Assembly (NCBI GenBank): GCA_963755025.1
Contig: CAVWIH010000029.1
Location: 1-56,227 of the forward strand
Length of the DNA stretch: 56,227 bases
From: an uncultured Actinomycetes bacterium
GTDB taxonomy: Bacteria; Actinomycetota; Thermoleophilia; UBA2241
Direction of reading: 5' to 3'
The notes beneath the pieces were generated by a model. It was not told the DNA's origin and did no database searches. It was given only the letters and a program-made list of their open reading frames with translations. Below are positions 10,023 through 21,339 of this stretch, one piece after another (the first letter of the stretch is position 1; each line of letters begins with the position of its first letter). The position numbers and the translations under genes are program-made.

Positions 10023-10820
10023 TCACATGTCGATCGTCGCTATTCCGGGACCGACGCGCTCAAGACTGAAGCGCACCCAGTCCGCTACGTGGTACTCGAC
10101 CGAGTACACGACCGCCCGGCCGCGCTGGTCGAAGTCGACCTGTTTGATGCACAGCAGCGGAGCTCCGGACTTGGCCTCGAGACGGTCGCGCAGCTCTGCC
10201 GTGGCCCGGCAGGGGACAAGCTCGGCCTCGCCGCGGTAGATGACGATGCCGTGCAGCTTGTGGAGCAGGGAGTACAGGGACTGTTCCTCGCCCGAGGCGA
10301 CATCGTCCAAGTCGTCGCGAGCGAACAGCGGGCCGGGCACGGAGTCGATCGAGAAGACGACCGGGCGGGCGTCGGCCAGGCGCACCCGTTCGACGCGCCA
10401 GACGGAGTCGCCCTCTGAGAGGGCGAGCCGTTCGGCAAGCTCGGCGTCGGCCGTGACGGCCGCAACCATGCTGTGGCGCACCGAGGGCGCGTAGCCCGCC
10501 GCGCGGATCATGCTGGTGATGCCGAAGTTGCGATTGAGCTCCTTCTGGATGGGGCGTTCGCGCACGAACGTGCCCTGGCCGTGGCGGCGGCGGATCATGC
10601 CGCGTTCTTCGAGCAGGCGCAGCGATTCGCGCAACGTGGGCCGCGAGACGGCGAGCTCGCCGGCGAGCTCCGCCTCGGAGGGCAGGCGAGCGCCCGGCCG
10701 GTAGGCGCCGCTCTCGATGGCCGCTTCGAGCGCCTCGGCGCACGACTGCGTCAGCGTGACCCGATCGCGCCGCACCACGCGCGGCTCGCGCTGCGCGCGT
10801 GCAGGGTCGCCGGGGTTCAC
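10023..10820 (-). CDS. GntR family (HutC/UTRA) transcriptional regulator
   Basis: [23 protein letters not shown]...RRHGQGTFV plus UTRA-type C-terminus. Confidence 0.9.
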   Translation of the reverse strand: MNPGDPARAQREPRVVRRDRVTLTQSCAEALEAAIESGAYRPGARLPSEAELAGELAVSRPTLRESLRLLEERGMIRRRHGQGTFVRERPIQKELNRNFGITSMIRAAGYAPSVRHSMVAAVTADAELAERLALSEGDSVWRVERVRLADARPVVFSIDSVPGPLFARDDLDDVASGEEQSLYSLLHKLHGIVIYRGEAELVPCRATAELRDRLEAKSGAPLLCIKQVDFDQRGRAVVYSVEYHVADWVRFSLERVGPGIATIDM

Positions 10821-12361
10821 GACCGACCGTCCGCCAGCGCGTCGAACACCGGGCAGAGCGCGTCGTAGGTCTGCACGTAGGTGGCGTAGACCTCGTCGTA
10901 GCGCGCCCCCAGCTCGGCCCGGGGCTCGAAGGTCTGGTCGATCTGCACCATGGTCTCGGCCGCCTCCTGGGCGCCGCCAAAACGACCCTCGCCGACGCCG
11001 GCCAGTATGGCCGCACCCAGCGTGGCGGCATCGGGCTGCCTGGTGGTGAGGACCGGACGCCGCGTGACGTCGGCCTCGATCTGCTTCCAGAGCGGGCTGC
11101 GGGCGCCGCCGCCCAGTGCGCGGATCTCGGGTACGGCCACGCCCAGGTCTTCGAGCACCTCGACGTTGCGGCGCACGACGCAGGCGATGGATTCGAGGAT
11201 GGCGCGCGCCACGTGCGCCCGGCCGTGCCGCAGGCTCAGGCCCACGACGGCGCCGCGCGCGTTGGGGTTTGACTCGGGCGCCATGGCGCCCTGCAGGTGC
11301 GGGATGAGCACGAGGCCCTCGGCGCCTGCCGCGATGGTGCCGGCCTCTTGCGAGAGCAGGTCGTAGGCGTCGAGCCCGAGCGAGGCGGCCACGGCGCGCT
11401 CGGCCTCGGCGAACTGGTCGCGGAACCAGCGCAGCACCACGCCGCCGCTGGTGAACGTGTGGAACATGTAGGTGTCGGGCACGCCGTGGTAGTGGCACGG
11501 CATGCGCCGCTCGGGGTCGAGCCGGGCTTCGGACAGGGTGGCGCACAGCGCGACTGCGGCGCCGGTGTTCTCGCTGAAGCGCCCCGGGCCCACGGTGCCC
11601 ACCCCGATCGCGCCGCACGCCTGGTCGAGCGCTCCCGTGCAGACCGTCATCGAGCTCGGCAAGCCGAGCTCGCGGGCGGTCGCCGGCAGCAGCGTGCCGA
11701 CCGCCACGCCGGGTTCGACGATGGCCGGCAGCCGCGACTCGTCGATACCGAGGGCGGCGAGCATCTCGGGCCACCAGCGCTTGGTGCGGAAGTCCCAGTA
11801 GCAGGTCGAGGTGAGCAGCGAGCCTTCGCTCACGTACTCGCCCGTGAGGCGCCACAGGAAGTAGTCCTCGATCAGCAGGAAGCGCGCGGTCTGCTCGAAC
11901 ACGCGCGGCTCGTGACGCGCCAGCCAGAGGATCTTGGCGGCCGGCCAGGTCGGCAGCATGCACGGCTGGCCGGTGACCTCGTAGAAGAGCTGCTCGTCGA
12001 AGCGGTCGGCGAGCTGGGCCGATTCGTCGGTGGCGCGCCCGTCGAGCCAGACGATGGCGTTGCGCGCCGGCGCGCCGTCGGCACGCACGGGCAGCAGCGT
12101 CTCGCCCTGCGCCGAGATACCGAGCGCCACGACGCGGGCGGCGTCGACCCCGGGCTCGTCGAGCAGGTCGTGGACGGCGGCGGCGAACTCGCTCCAGTAG
12201 GTGGAGGGGTGCACTTCGACCACGCCGTCGGCCGGGGTGAGCAGCGAGTACTCCCTGGTGGCGCTCGCCACCAGGTCGCCGCTGTCGGTGTAGGCGGCGC
12301 ACTTGAGGGCCGTCGTGCCGAGGTCGAGGCCGATCAGCAGAGGGGCGTTGGACTCACTCAC
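10817..12361 (-). CDS. FGGY family carbohydrate kinase
   Basis: IGLDLGTTALK, AIVWLDGRA, GALDQAC, LGGGARS; GTG start at 12361 overlaps the cupin stop. Confidence 0.9.
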   Translation of the reverse strand: MSESNAPLLIGLDLGTTALKCAAYTDSGDLVASATREYSLLTPADGVVEVHPSTYWSEFAAAVHDLLDEPGVDAARVVALGISAQGETLLPVRADGAPARNAIVWLDGRATDESAQLADRFDEQLFYEVTGQPCMLPTWPAAKILWLARHEPRVFEQTARFLLIEDYFLWRLTGEYVSEGSLLTSTCYWDFRTKRWWPEMLAALGIDESRLPAIVEPGVAVGTLLPATARELGLPSSMTVCTGALDQACGAIGVGTVGPGRFSENTGAAVALCATLSEARLDPERRMPCHYHGVPDTYMFHTFTSGGVVLRWFRDQFAEAERAVAASLGLDAYDLLSQEAGTIAAGAEGLVLIPHLQGAMAPESNPNARGAVVGLSLRHGRAHVARAILESIACVVRRNVEVLEDLGVAVPEIRALGGGARSPLWKQIEADVTRRPVLTTRQPDAATLGAAILAGVGEGRFGGAQEAAETMVQIDQTFEPRAELGARYDEVYATYVQTYDALCPVFDALADGRS

Positions 12362-12689
12362 CAGGAGCCCCCGACCAGACGACCGTGGCCGACACCTCGC
12401 CGATGTTGATGATGGTGTGGGGCAGCCCGGGCGGGATGAGCAGCGCGTCGTTCTTGGCGAGCTCGTAGTAGCGCTCGCCGTCGTAGACGAGCACGTGCCC
12501 CTCGGCACAGAAGAAGACCTCTTCGGAGACGCCGTGCCCGGGGTCGACCTCGCCCCGCTGGCCGGGCGGCACCACCGACGTGCCGAACCACAACGTGGCG
12601 TCGCGCACGTACTCGCGGCAGTGCTCGACGCCCTCCATGAAGTTCTTGGCGTCGCCCTCGCGGATCAACGCAGCTTCCCGATCTGCCAT
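12354..12689 (-). CDS. Cupin domain protein
   Basis: GHGVSEEVFFCAEG...LLIPPGLPHTIIN cupin motifs; AGGAGG RBS before ATG 12689. Confidence 0.85.
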   Translation of the reverse strand: MADREAALIREGDAKNFMEGVEHCREYVRDATLWFGTSVVPPGQRGEVDPGHGVSEEVFFCAEGHVLVYDGERYYELAKNDALLIPPGLPHTIINIGEVSATVVWSGAPGE

Positions 12690-12714
12690 CCCACCCCTCC
12701 TGCTCGATGGGCGC

Positions 12715-12772
12715 AACATAGAACAGCACTTCGTTATCAGTCAAGTGGACGTCTGACAGCGGACGTCAGACG
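12715..12772 (-). promoter_or_regulatory. Sigma70-type promoter with upstream operator-like inverted repeat (mirror of 15178-15235)
   Basis: TTGACT-N18-TATGTT; upstream CGTCTGAC-N7-GTCAGACG shares the TCAGACG core with the 8207/19702 operator. Confidence 0.65.
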
Positions 12773-12880
12773 ACTGCCCGCGTTGCGCGGCATTTTCGAG
12801 ACATTTACGAGGCGTTCCTGGGCGCTACGAGGCGTTGCCGGGCACTGCGACACGTTACGAGACGTCGCACCGCGCGGGCA

Positions 12881-12927
12881 GGAGCGAATGCCGCCCGCGA
12901 GCACGGCTCGCGGGCGGCATTCGCTCC
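12881..12927 (-). terminator. Perfect 22-bp-arm hairpin downstream of the aminotransferase (mirror 15023-15069)
   Basis: GGAGCGAATGCCGCCCGCGAGC-ACG-GCTCGCGGGCGGCATTCGCTCC. Confidence 0.6.
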
Positions 12928-13030
12928 CCCCTCGTCAGGCGGGACCGGCAGGCACGACTGGCCGCCGCGACAGCGGGCGCGACGGCCCGTCGGGGACGTG
13001 GGCGCGACGGCCGCCCGGACGGTGGGCGGC

Positions 13031-13975
13031 TTAGACGCCCTCGACGCTGGCCAGCACGGCGGCGAAACGCGCCAGCGCGTCGTCGATCACCTCGTCGGTG
13101 TCGGCCATCGAGGTGTAGAGGCGCGAGCCGGCGAGCGTGACCAGGCCGTTGGCCATGAAGGCGGCGCCCATCTCCTCCATCATGTGCTTGCGCGGCTTCA
13201 TGTCGCGCAGGAAACGCACCGGGTTGTGCAGGTCGAGCAGCATCACGCCGGAGGTCTCGAGGTGCACGATCGAGCCCTGGTTGAAGGCCACGTACGGCAG
13301 GCCGAAGCGCGCGATCAGGTCGTTCAGGCCCTTCGCCAGACGGTCGCCGGCGCGGCCGGCCAGGACCGGCGCATTGGTGCGTTCCATCTCGAGCAGGGCG
13401 AAGTAGCCGGCCGCGCACGAGAGCGGGTTGGCGCTCAGCGTGCCGCCCACGTAGGCGTGCTCGCCGCTCTTGCCGCCGATCCCCGAGGCGAAGCTCATCA
13501 TCACCTCGGCGCGGCCGCCGACACCGCCGGCCATGGGGTAGCCGCCGCTGATGCACTTGCCGAACACCGTGAGGTCGGGCTTGACGCCGAAGTAGCCCTG
13601 AGCGCCGCCCAGGCCGAGCCGGAACCCGGTGACCACCTCGTCGAAGATGAGCAGCGCACCGAACTCGTCGCACAGCTCGCGCACCTGCGCGTTCCACTCG
13701 AAGGGCACCGGCCGGGTGCCGCTCTCGGGGCCGATGGGCTCGACGATGACGGCCGCGGTGCCGCCCAGCAGCTTGTTCTGGGCAAGCTTGCGGCGCAGCG
13801 CCTTGAGGTCGTTCGGGTAGACCTCGCGCGTGCGCCCGGTGACGCCCATGGGTATGCCCTTGGCCTCGAAACGCCAGGTGCCCGGCACGTGCAGGCCGTA
13901 CACCATCTGGTCGCTCCAGCCGTGGTAGGCGCCGCCCACCTTGATCACGTACTTCTTGCCGGTGTGGGCGCCGCC
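13031..13975 (-). CDS. Class-III PLP aminotransferase (HemL-like), 5'-truncated at the fold-back centre
   Basis: [43 protein letters not shown]; N-terminal part absent. Confidence 0.85.
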   Translation of the reverse strand, partial: GGAHTGKKYVIKVGGAYHGWSDQMVYGLHVPGTWRFEAKGIPMGVTGRTREVYPNDLKALRRKLAQNKLLGGTAAVIVEPIGPESGTRPVPFEWNAQVRELCDEFGALLIFDEVVTGFRLGLGGAQGYFGVKPDLTVFGKCISGGYPMAGGVGGRAEVMMSFASGIGGKSGEHAYVGGTLSANPLSCAAGYFALLEMERTNAPVLAGRAGDRLAKGLNDLIARFGLPYVAFNQGSIVHLETSGVMLLDLHNPVRFLRDMKPRKHMMEEMGAAFMANGLVTLAGSRLYTSMADTDEVIDDALARFAAVLASVEGV

Positions 13976-13992
13976 GCGCGGCGCGCGGCCAT

Positions 13993-14920
13993 CACCGGCA
14001 AGAAGTACATAATAAAGGTGGGCGGCGCCTACCACGGCTGGAGCGACCAGATGGTCTACGGCCTGCACGTGCCGGGCACCTGCGTTCGAGGCCAAGGGCA
14101 TACCCATGGGCGTCACCGGGCGCACGCGCGAGGTCTACCGAACGACCTCAAGGCGCTGCGCCGCAAGCTTGCCCAGAACAGCTGTGGGCGGCACCGCGGC
14201 CGTCATCGTCGAGGCCATCGGCCCCGAGAGCGGCGCCCGGCCGGTGCCCTCGAGTGGAACGCGCAGGTGCGCGAGCTGTGCGACGAGTTCGGTGCGCTGC
14301 TCATCTTCGACGAGGTGGTCACCGGGTTCCGGCTCGGCCTGGGCGGCGCTCAGGGCTACTTCGGCGTAGAGCCCAACCTACGGTGCTTCGGCAAGTGCAT
14401 CAGCGGCGGCTACCCCATGGCCGGCGGTGTCGGCGGCCGCGCCGAGGTGATGATGAGCTTCGCCTCGGAATTGGCGGCAAGAGCGGCGAGCACGCCTACG
14501 TGGGCGGCACGCTGAGCGCCAACCCGCTCCGTGCGCGGCCGGCTACTTCGCCCTGCTCGAGATGGAACGCACCAATGCGCCGGTCCTGGCCGGCCGCGCC
14601 GGCGACCGTCTGGCGAAGGGCCTGAACGACCTAATTGCGCCGCGCTTCGGCCTGCCGTACGTGGCCTTCAACCAGGGCTCGATCGGTGCACCTCGAGACC
14701 TCCGGCGTGATGCTGCTCGACCTGCACAACCCGGTGCGCTTTCCTGCGCGACATGAAGCCGCGCAAGCACATGATGGAGGAGATGGGCGCCGCCTTCATG
14801 GCCAACGGCCTGGTCACGCTCGCCGGCTCGCGCCTCTACCTCCCGATGGCCGACACCGACGAGGTGATCGACGACGCATGGCGCGTTTCGCCGCCGTGCT
14901 GGCCAGCGTCGAGGGTCTGA
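13993..14920 (+). pseudogene. Mirror copy of the class-III aminotransferase, many indels
   Basis: Same motifs scattered over three frames. Confidence 0.85.
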
Positions 14921-15177
14921 GCCGCCCACCGTCCGGGCGGCCGTCGCGCCCACGTCCCCGACGGGCCGTGCGCCCGCTGTCGCGGCGGCCAGTCGTGCCT
15001 GCCGGTCCCGCCTGACGAGGGGGGAGCGAATGCCGCCCGCGAGCCGTGCTCGCGGGCGGCATTCGCTCCTGCCCGCGCGGTGCGACGTCTCGTAACGTGT
15101 CGCAGTGCCCGGCGACGCCTCGTAGCGGCCAGGAACGCCCCGTAAATGTCTCGAAAATGCCGCGCAACGCGGGCAGT

Positions 15178-15235
15178 CGTCTGACGTCCGCTGTCAGACG
15201 TCCACTTGACTGATAACGAAGTGCTGTTCTATGTT
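15178..15235 (+). promoter_or_regulatory. Promoter and operator-like repeat of the cupin-kinase-GntR-APC unit
   Basis: CGTCTGACGTCCGCTGTCAGACG, then TTGACT (15206)-N18-TATGTT (15230). Confidence 0.65.
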
Positions 15236-15260
15236 GCGCCCATCGAGCAGGAGGGGTGGG

Positions 15261-15591
15261 ATGGCATCGGGAAGCTGCGTTGATCCGCGAGGGCGACGCC
15301 AAGAACTCATGGAGGGCGTCGAGCGCTCCGCGAGTACGTGCGCGACGCCACGTTGTGGTTCGGCACGTCGGTGGTGCCGCCCGGCCAGCGGGGCGAGGTC
15401 GACCCCGGGCACGGCGTCTCCGAAGAGGTCTTCTTCTGTGCCGAGGGCACGTGCTCGTCTACGACGGCGAGCGCTACTACGAGCTCGCCAAGAACGACGC
15501 GCTGCTCATCCCGCCCGGGCTGCCCGGCACCATCATCAACATCGGCGAGGTGTCGGCCACGGTCGTCTGGTCGGGGGCTCCTGGTGAGTGA
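15261..15591 (+). CDS. Cupin protein, mirror copy, frameshifted
   Basis: Reverse complement of 12354-12689 with indels. Confidence 0.8.
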
Positions 15592-17123
15592 GTCCAACGC
15601 CCCTCTGCTGATCGGCCTCGACCTCGGCACGACGGCCCTCAAGTGCGCCGCCTACACCGACAGCGGCGACCTGGTGGCGAGCGCCACCAGGGAGTACTCG
15701 CTGCTCACCCCGGCCGACGGCGTGGTCGAAGTGCACCCCTCCACCTACTGGAGCGAGTTCGCCGCCGCCGTCCACGACCTGCTCGACGAGCCCGGGGTCG
15801 ACGCCGCCCGCGTCGTGGCGCTCGGCATCTCGGCGCAGGGCGAGACGCTGATGCCCGTGCGGCCGACGGCGCGCCGGCGCGCAACGCCATCGTCTGGCTC
15901 GACGGGCGCGCCACCGACGAATCGGCCGAGCTCGCCGACCGCTTCGACGAGCAGCTCTTCTACGAGGTCACCGGCCAGCCGTGCATGCTGCCGACCTGGC
16001 CGGCCGCGAAGATCCTCTGGCTGGCGCGTCACGAGCCGCGCGTGTTCGAGCAGACCGCGCGTTTCCTGCTGATCGAGGACTACTTCCTGTGGCGCCTCAC
16101 GGGCGAGTACGTGAGCGAAGGCTCGCTGCTCACCTCGACCTGCTACTGGGACTTCCGCACCAAGCCTGGTGGCCCGAGATGCTCGCCGCCCTCGGAATCG
16201 ACGAGTCGCGGCTGCCGGCCATCGTCGAACCCGGCGTGGCGGTCGGCACGCTGCTGCCGGCGACCGCCCGCGAGCTCGGCTTGCCGAGCTCGATGACGGT
16301 CTGCACGGGAGCGCTCGACCAGGCGTGCGGCGCGATCGGGGTGGGCAGCGTGGGCCCGGGGCGCTTCAGCGAGAACACCAACGCCGCAGTCGCGCTGTGC
16401 GCCACCCTGTCCGAAGCCCGGCTCGACCCCGAGCGGCGCAGGCCGTGCCACTACCACGGCGTGCCCGACACCTACATGTTCCACACGTTCACCAGCGGCG
16501 GCGTGGTGCTGCGCTGGTTCCGCGACCAGTTCGCCGAGGCCGAGCGCGCCGTGGCCGCCTCGCTCGGGCTCGACGCCTACGGAGCCTCGCAAGAGGCCGG
16601 CACCATCGCGGCAGGCGCCGAGGGCCTCGTGCTCATCCCGCACCTGCAGGGCGCCATGGCGCCCGAGTCAAACCCCAACGCGCGCGGCGCCGTCGTGGGC
16701 CTGAGCCTGGGGCACGGCCGGGCGCACGTGGCGCGCGCCATCCTCGAATCCATCGCCTGCGTCGTGCGCCGCAACGTCGAGGTGCTCGAAGACCTGGGCG
16801 TGGCCGTACCCGAGATCCGCGCACTGGGCGGCGGCGCCCGCAGCCCGCTCTGGAAGCAGATCGAGGCCGACGTCACGCGGCGTCCGGTCCTCACCACCAG
16901 GCAGCCCGATGCCGCCACGCTGGGTGCGGCCATACTGGCCGGCGTCGGCGAGGGTCGTTTTGGCGGCGCCCAGGAGGCGGCTGAGACCATGGTGCAGATC
17001 GACCAGACCTTCGAGCCCCGGGCCGAGCTGGGGGCGCGCTACGACGAGGTCTACGCCACCTACGTGCAGACCTACGACGCGCTCTGCCCGGTGTTCGACG
17101 CGCTGGCGGACGGTCGGTCGTGA
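15584..17123 (+). CDS. FGGY kinase, mirror copy, frameshifted
   Basis: Mirror of 10817-12361 over three ORFs. Confidence 0.85.
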
Positions 17124-17916
17124 ACCCCGGCGACCCTGCACGCGCGCAGCGCGAGCCGCGCGTGGTGCGGCGCGATCGGGTCGCGCTGACGCAGTCGTGC
17201 GCCGAGGCGCTCGAAGCGGCCATCGAGAGCGGTGCCTACCGGCCGGGCGCTCGCTGCCCCCGAGGCGGAGCTCGCCGGCGAGCTCGCCGTCTCGCGGCCC
17301 ACGTTGCGCGAATCGCTGCGCCTGCTCGAAGAACGCGGCATGATCCGCCGCCGCCACGGCCAGGGCACGTTCGTGCGCGAACGCCCCATCCAGAAGGAGC
17401 TCGATCGCAACTTCGGCATCACCAGCATGAATCCACGCGGCGGGCTACGCGCCCTCGGTGCGCCACAGCATGGTTGCGGCCGTCACGGCCGACGCCGAGC
17501 TTGCCGAACGGCTCGCCCTCTCAGAGGGCGGCTCCGTCTGGCGCGTCGAACGGGTGCGCCTGGCCGACGCCCGCCCGGTCGTCTTCTCGATCGACTCCGT
17601 GCCCGGCCCGCTGTTCGCTCGCGACGACTTGGACGATGTCGCCTCGGGCGAGGAACAGTCCCTGTACTCCCTGCTCCACAAGCTGCACGGCATCGTCATC
17701 TACCGCGGCGAGGCCGAGCTTGTCCCCTGCCGGGCCACGGCAGAGCTGCGCGACCGTCTCGAGGCCAAGTCCGGAGCTCCGCTGCTGTGCATCAAACAGG
17801 TCGACTTCGACCAGCGCGGCCGGGCGGTCGTGTACTCGGTCGAGTACCACGTAGCGGACTGGGTGCGCTTCAGTCTTGAGCGCGTCGGTCCCGGAATAGC
17901 GACGATCGACATGTGA
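17120..17916 (+). CDS. GntR/UTRA regulator, mirror copy, frameshifted
   Basis: Mirror of 10023-10820. Confidence 0.85.
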
Positions 17917-18001
17917 CCGTTACCGACGGGGGTCCGAGCGTCACCCCGCACTCTCCACTTCGAGTCTCGCGGAATCGCTTCGATGCAAGGGGGTTCACCA
18001 G

Positions 18002-19587
18002 ATGGCCAGCACAGGTTCGACGACTCAACCACCCAGGACAGACCCACCACCAAAGGCAGCCGCCGCGACCGCTTCTGAATCGGTCGACATCTCGCTGCTC
18101 GACGACGTCAACAAGCTCAAGCCGCACGCTCTCGGTCTGCTCGGCGTGCTCTTCCTCGCGCTCGCCGCGGCCGCCCCTATGTCGGCGATGCCGGGCAACG
18201 TGCCCATCGCGGTCGGCTTCGGTAATGGTACCGCGGCTCCCGGCGGCTTCATCCTCGCGGCCATCCTGCTCTTCCTGTTCTCGGTGGGGTACGTCGCCAT
18301 GGCTCGCCGGTTCACCACGGCGGGCGGTTTCTACGGCTACATCAGCCACGGGCTCGGCCGGCCGCTGGGCATGGCCGCCGGCTGGGGCGGCATGGCCGCC
18401 TACTCCGTGTTCGAGGCCGGGGAGTGGGGCATCTTCGCCTACTACACGCGCAGCACGTTCTCGCAGTTCCTGCACATCAACCTCTCCTGGCCGATCTACG
18501 CCTTCGCCGGTCTCGCGCTCGTCGCCGTGCTGACGTACTCGACGTCAAGTTGAGCGCTCGTCTCCTGGGCGTCGCGCTGGTGCTCGAGGTGCTCCTGCTG
18601 CTCGTCATGGACATCTTCGTCCTGGCCAAGGGCGGCGGCCCGACGGGCATCAGCTTTGCGCCGCTGAACCCGGGTTCGGCGCCGGTGGGAGCCGGCATCA
18701 AGGCCGCCGCTCCGGGCGTCGGCATCTTCTTCGCCCTGTGGTCGTGGGTGGGCTTCGAAGCAACCGCGAACTACGCCGAAGAGGCGCGCAACCCGCGCAA
18801 GATGGTGCCGCGCGCCACCTACATCGCGGTCATCAGCCTGGGCGTCCTGTTCACGCTGACCTCGTGGGCGGTCGTGCTCGGCCACGGTCTCACGACGGCC
18901 TCGAACGACGCCGCCACCAACCCGGGGACGTTCTTCTTCACCGTCACCAGCCACCGTCGACCCGTTCGCCAAAGACGTCATGGAGTGGCTCATCATCACG
19001 AGCACCTTCGCCTGCGCCATGGCCTTCCACACGGCAGCCACGCGCTACTTCTACGCGATGGGGCGTGAGGGCATCCTCAACCGCTGGCTCGGCAAGACGC
19101 ACAAGCGGTGGCAGAGTCCGTACGCCGGGAGCTTCTTCCAGTCGGGCGTCGCCGCCGTGCTCATCCTGCTCTTCATCCTCATGTGGTACGTCAACAAGCC
19201 CACGCAGAACTTCGCCGACTTCCAGACGGCGCCCTACCTCGAGCTCTACGGCTGGCTCGCCATCGTGGGGACCTTCCTGGTGCTCGTGATCATGACCTTC
19301 AGCGGATCGCGACCATCAGCTACTTCGGCCGCGCCGAGAACCGTCACTACGAACACTGGATGCGCTGGCTGGTGGCGCCGCTGCTCGGTTCGCTGGGCAT
19401 GGGCTACGCCGTCTACCTGCTGTGGGCCAATATCTCCACCCTCGGCGGCAAGATCTTCGTCGTGACGGCGATCACCTGGGTCGGCACCGCGTGGCTCATC
19501 ATGGGCGTCGTGATCGCGCTCGTCATCAGGTCGCGCAACGCCCAGAAGTACGAGGTCCTGGGCCGCATGGTCAACAAGGGCCTGTAA
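18002..19587 (+). CDS. APC permease, mirror copy, frameshifted
   Basis: Mirror of 8350-9937 in four ORF pieces. Confidence 0.85.
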
Positions 19588-19701
19588 CCGCCCCCGCCCG
19601 GCTCTGCAGGAGGCGGGGCGGCCGCACGCCGACGGCGTGCGGCCGCCCCGCCGGCCGGACCCCCACCGCGCGCAGTCGTCGCCCCGGCCCTCTGCGCCGG
19701 C

Positions 19702-19730
19702 TTGAAACATCAGACGTCTGACGTTATCGT
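19702..19730 (+). promoter_or_regulatory. Sigma70-type promoter with palindromic GntR-type operator in the spacer
   Basis: TTGAAA (19702)-CATCAGACGTCTGACGT (17 nt)-TATCGT (19725). Confidence 0.7.
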
Positions 19731-19859
19731 TGTAGACTACGCGTCAGGTCGCGGGGTGCGCCCTGCCGCCCCCCACACCGGGGCGCACCTCGCGCCGGCG
19801 CGTCCGCGCGTCGGCGCCGACCAGGGCCAGCGCGCACGGTCAGGCCGAAGGAGCCGACT

Positions 19860-21339
19860 TTGGGTCACATCATCGGTATCGATGTCGGGTCGCAGAGCGT
19901 GAAGGGGATCCTGCTCTCCCCCGACGCCGAGCTGCAGGGCGTAGCCAACGCGACCTGCACCATGACCAACCCCGCCCCGGGCTGGGCCGACCAGGACCCG
20001 CGCGACTGGGAGCAGGGCATCGAGCGCGTCGTGGCGCAGCTGCTTGCCGCGAGCGGCCTGCCCGGCGAGGCCGTCAGCCATCTGGGCCTCGCCTGCCAGG
20101 TCGACGGCGTCGTGCCCGTCGCGGCCGACGGCCGGCCATTGCGCGACGGCATCATCTGGCTCGATCGCCGCGCTTCAGGCCAATCGCGTCGCCTCGCCGA
20201 CCAGGTCGGCGTCGACTGGCTGTTCGCCACGACCGGGCTCAACGCCGACGCCTCGCACATAGCTCCCAAGATCATGTGGCTGCGCGACTGCGAGCCCGAG
20301 ACCTACCGGGCGACCGCCGTGATGGCCTCGGTGGGCGGCTACCTGCTCGGCTGGCTCACCGGCCTCATCGCCCAGGACCACGCCAACGCCTCGTCGACCC
20401 TGCTCTACGACATCCGCCGGCGAGCGTGGTCTGAGACCCTGCTCGGCGCGGCCGGCATCGACCCGGCGGCGCTGCCCGAGATCCGCCCGTCGCACGAGAT
20501 CGCCGGGCGGCTGCGCGCCGACGCGGCGCAGCGCCTTGGGCTGACGACGCGCTGCGAGGTCGTGGTGGGCACGGGCGACGAGCACGCCGCTTCGCTGGGC
20601 GCCGGCGCCGTGTCGCAGGGCACCATCACCGACGTGACGGGCACGGCCGAACCGGTCACCGCCGTGGCCGCCGAGATCGATGTTCGACCCCGAGCGGCTG
20701 GTCGAGACGCACGCCCACGCGGTCGACGGCGCCTGGCTCATCGAGAACCCCGGCTTCGTGTCGGGCGGCAGCACCCTGTGGCTGGCCGAGAACGTGCTCG
20801 GCGTGCGCCAGGGAGAGCTGTTCGACGTGGCGGCCGCGGCGCCGGCGGGCTCCGACGGCGTGCTGTTCCTGCCCACCCTGTGCGGCGCCACGGCGCCGCG
20901 CTGGAACGACCGCGTGCGCGGCGTGTTCGCCGGCCTGTCGCTGAACCACGGCGGCGGCCACCTGGCGCGCGCCGTGCTCGAGGGCTGCGCCTTCGCCTTG
21001 CGCGACATCGTCGTGCGGCTCGACGCCATGGGGCTCGGCGGCCCCGAGATCCGCGTGGTCGGCGGCGGCGCCCGCAGTCCCCTGTGGATGCAGATCAAGG
21101 CCGACGTCACCGGGCGCCCGGTGCGCGCCGTCCTGGCGTCCGAACCGACCGCCCTGGGCGCGGCCATCCTGGCCGGCGTGGGCTGCGGCCTGTTCGCCGA
21201 CGCCGCCGACGCGGTGGCGCGGGTCGTCGCCCTGGCCCCCGAGCCGCTCCTGCCGCGGCCCGACGCCGTGGCGGTCTACGACGAGGCATATCAGAAGTAC
21301 CTGACTCTGTTCGATGCGGTGGAGGTGGCTCTTCCATGA
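19860..21339 (+). CDS. FGGY kinase, mirror copy (frameshift ~20680)
   Basis: Mirror of 6597-8075. Confidence 0.88.

Larger units (their letters stand above)
732..13964. repeat. Left arm of a ~13.2 kb inverted duplication (fold-back)
   Basis: Reverse complement of 13993-27203 with the same gene order mirrored. Near-identical from ~4005 inward, diverged from 732 to ~4005. Confidence 0.97.

Noticed and set aside
13965-13992. Hairpin telomere or invertible-element centre
   Set aside because: Lies mid-gene, is not a clean palindrome, and no protelomerase or recombinase is present; error pattern fits a fold-back artefact.
13993-20700. Real pseudogenisation of the right-arm copy
   Set aside because: Indels cluster near the turn and similar indels occur across the window, so sequencing error is more likely.
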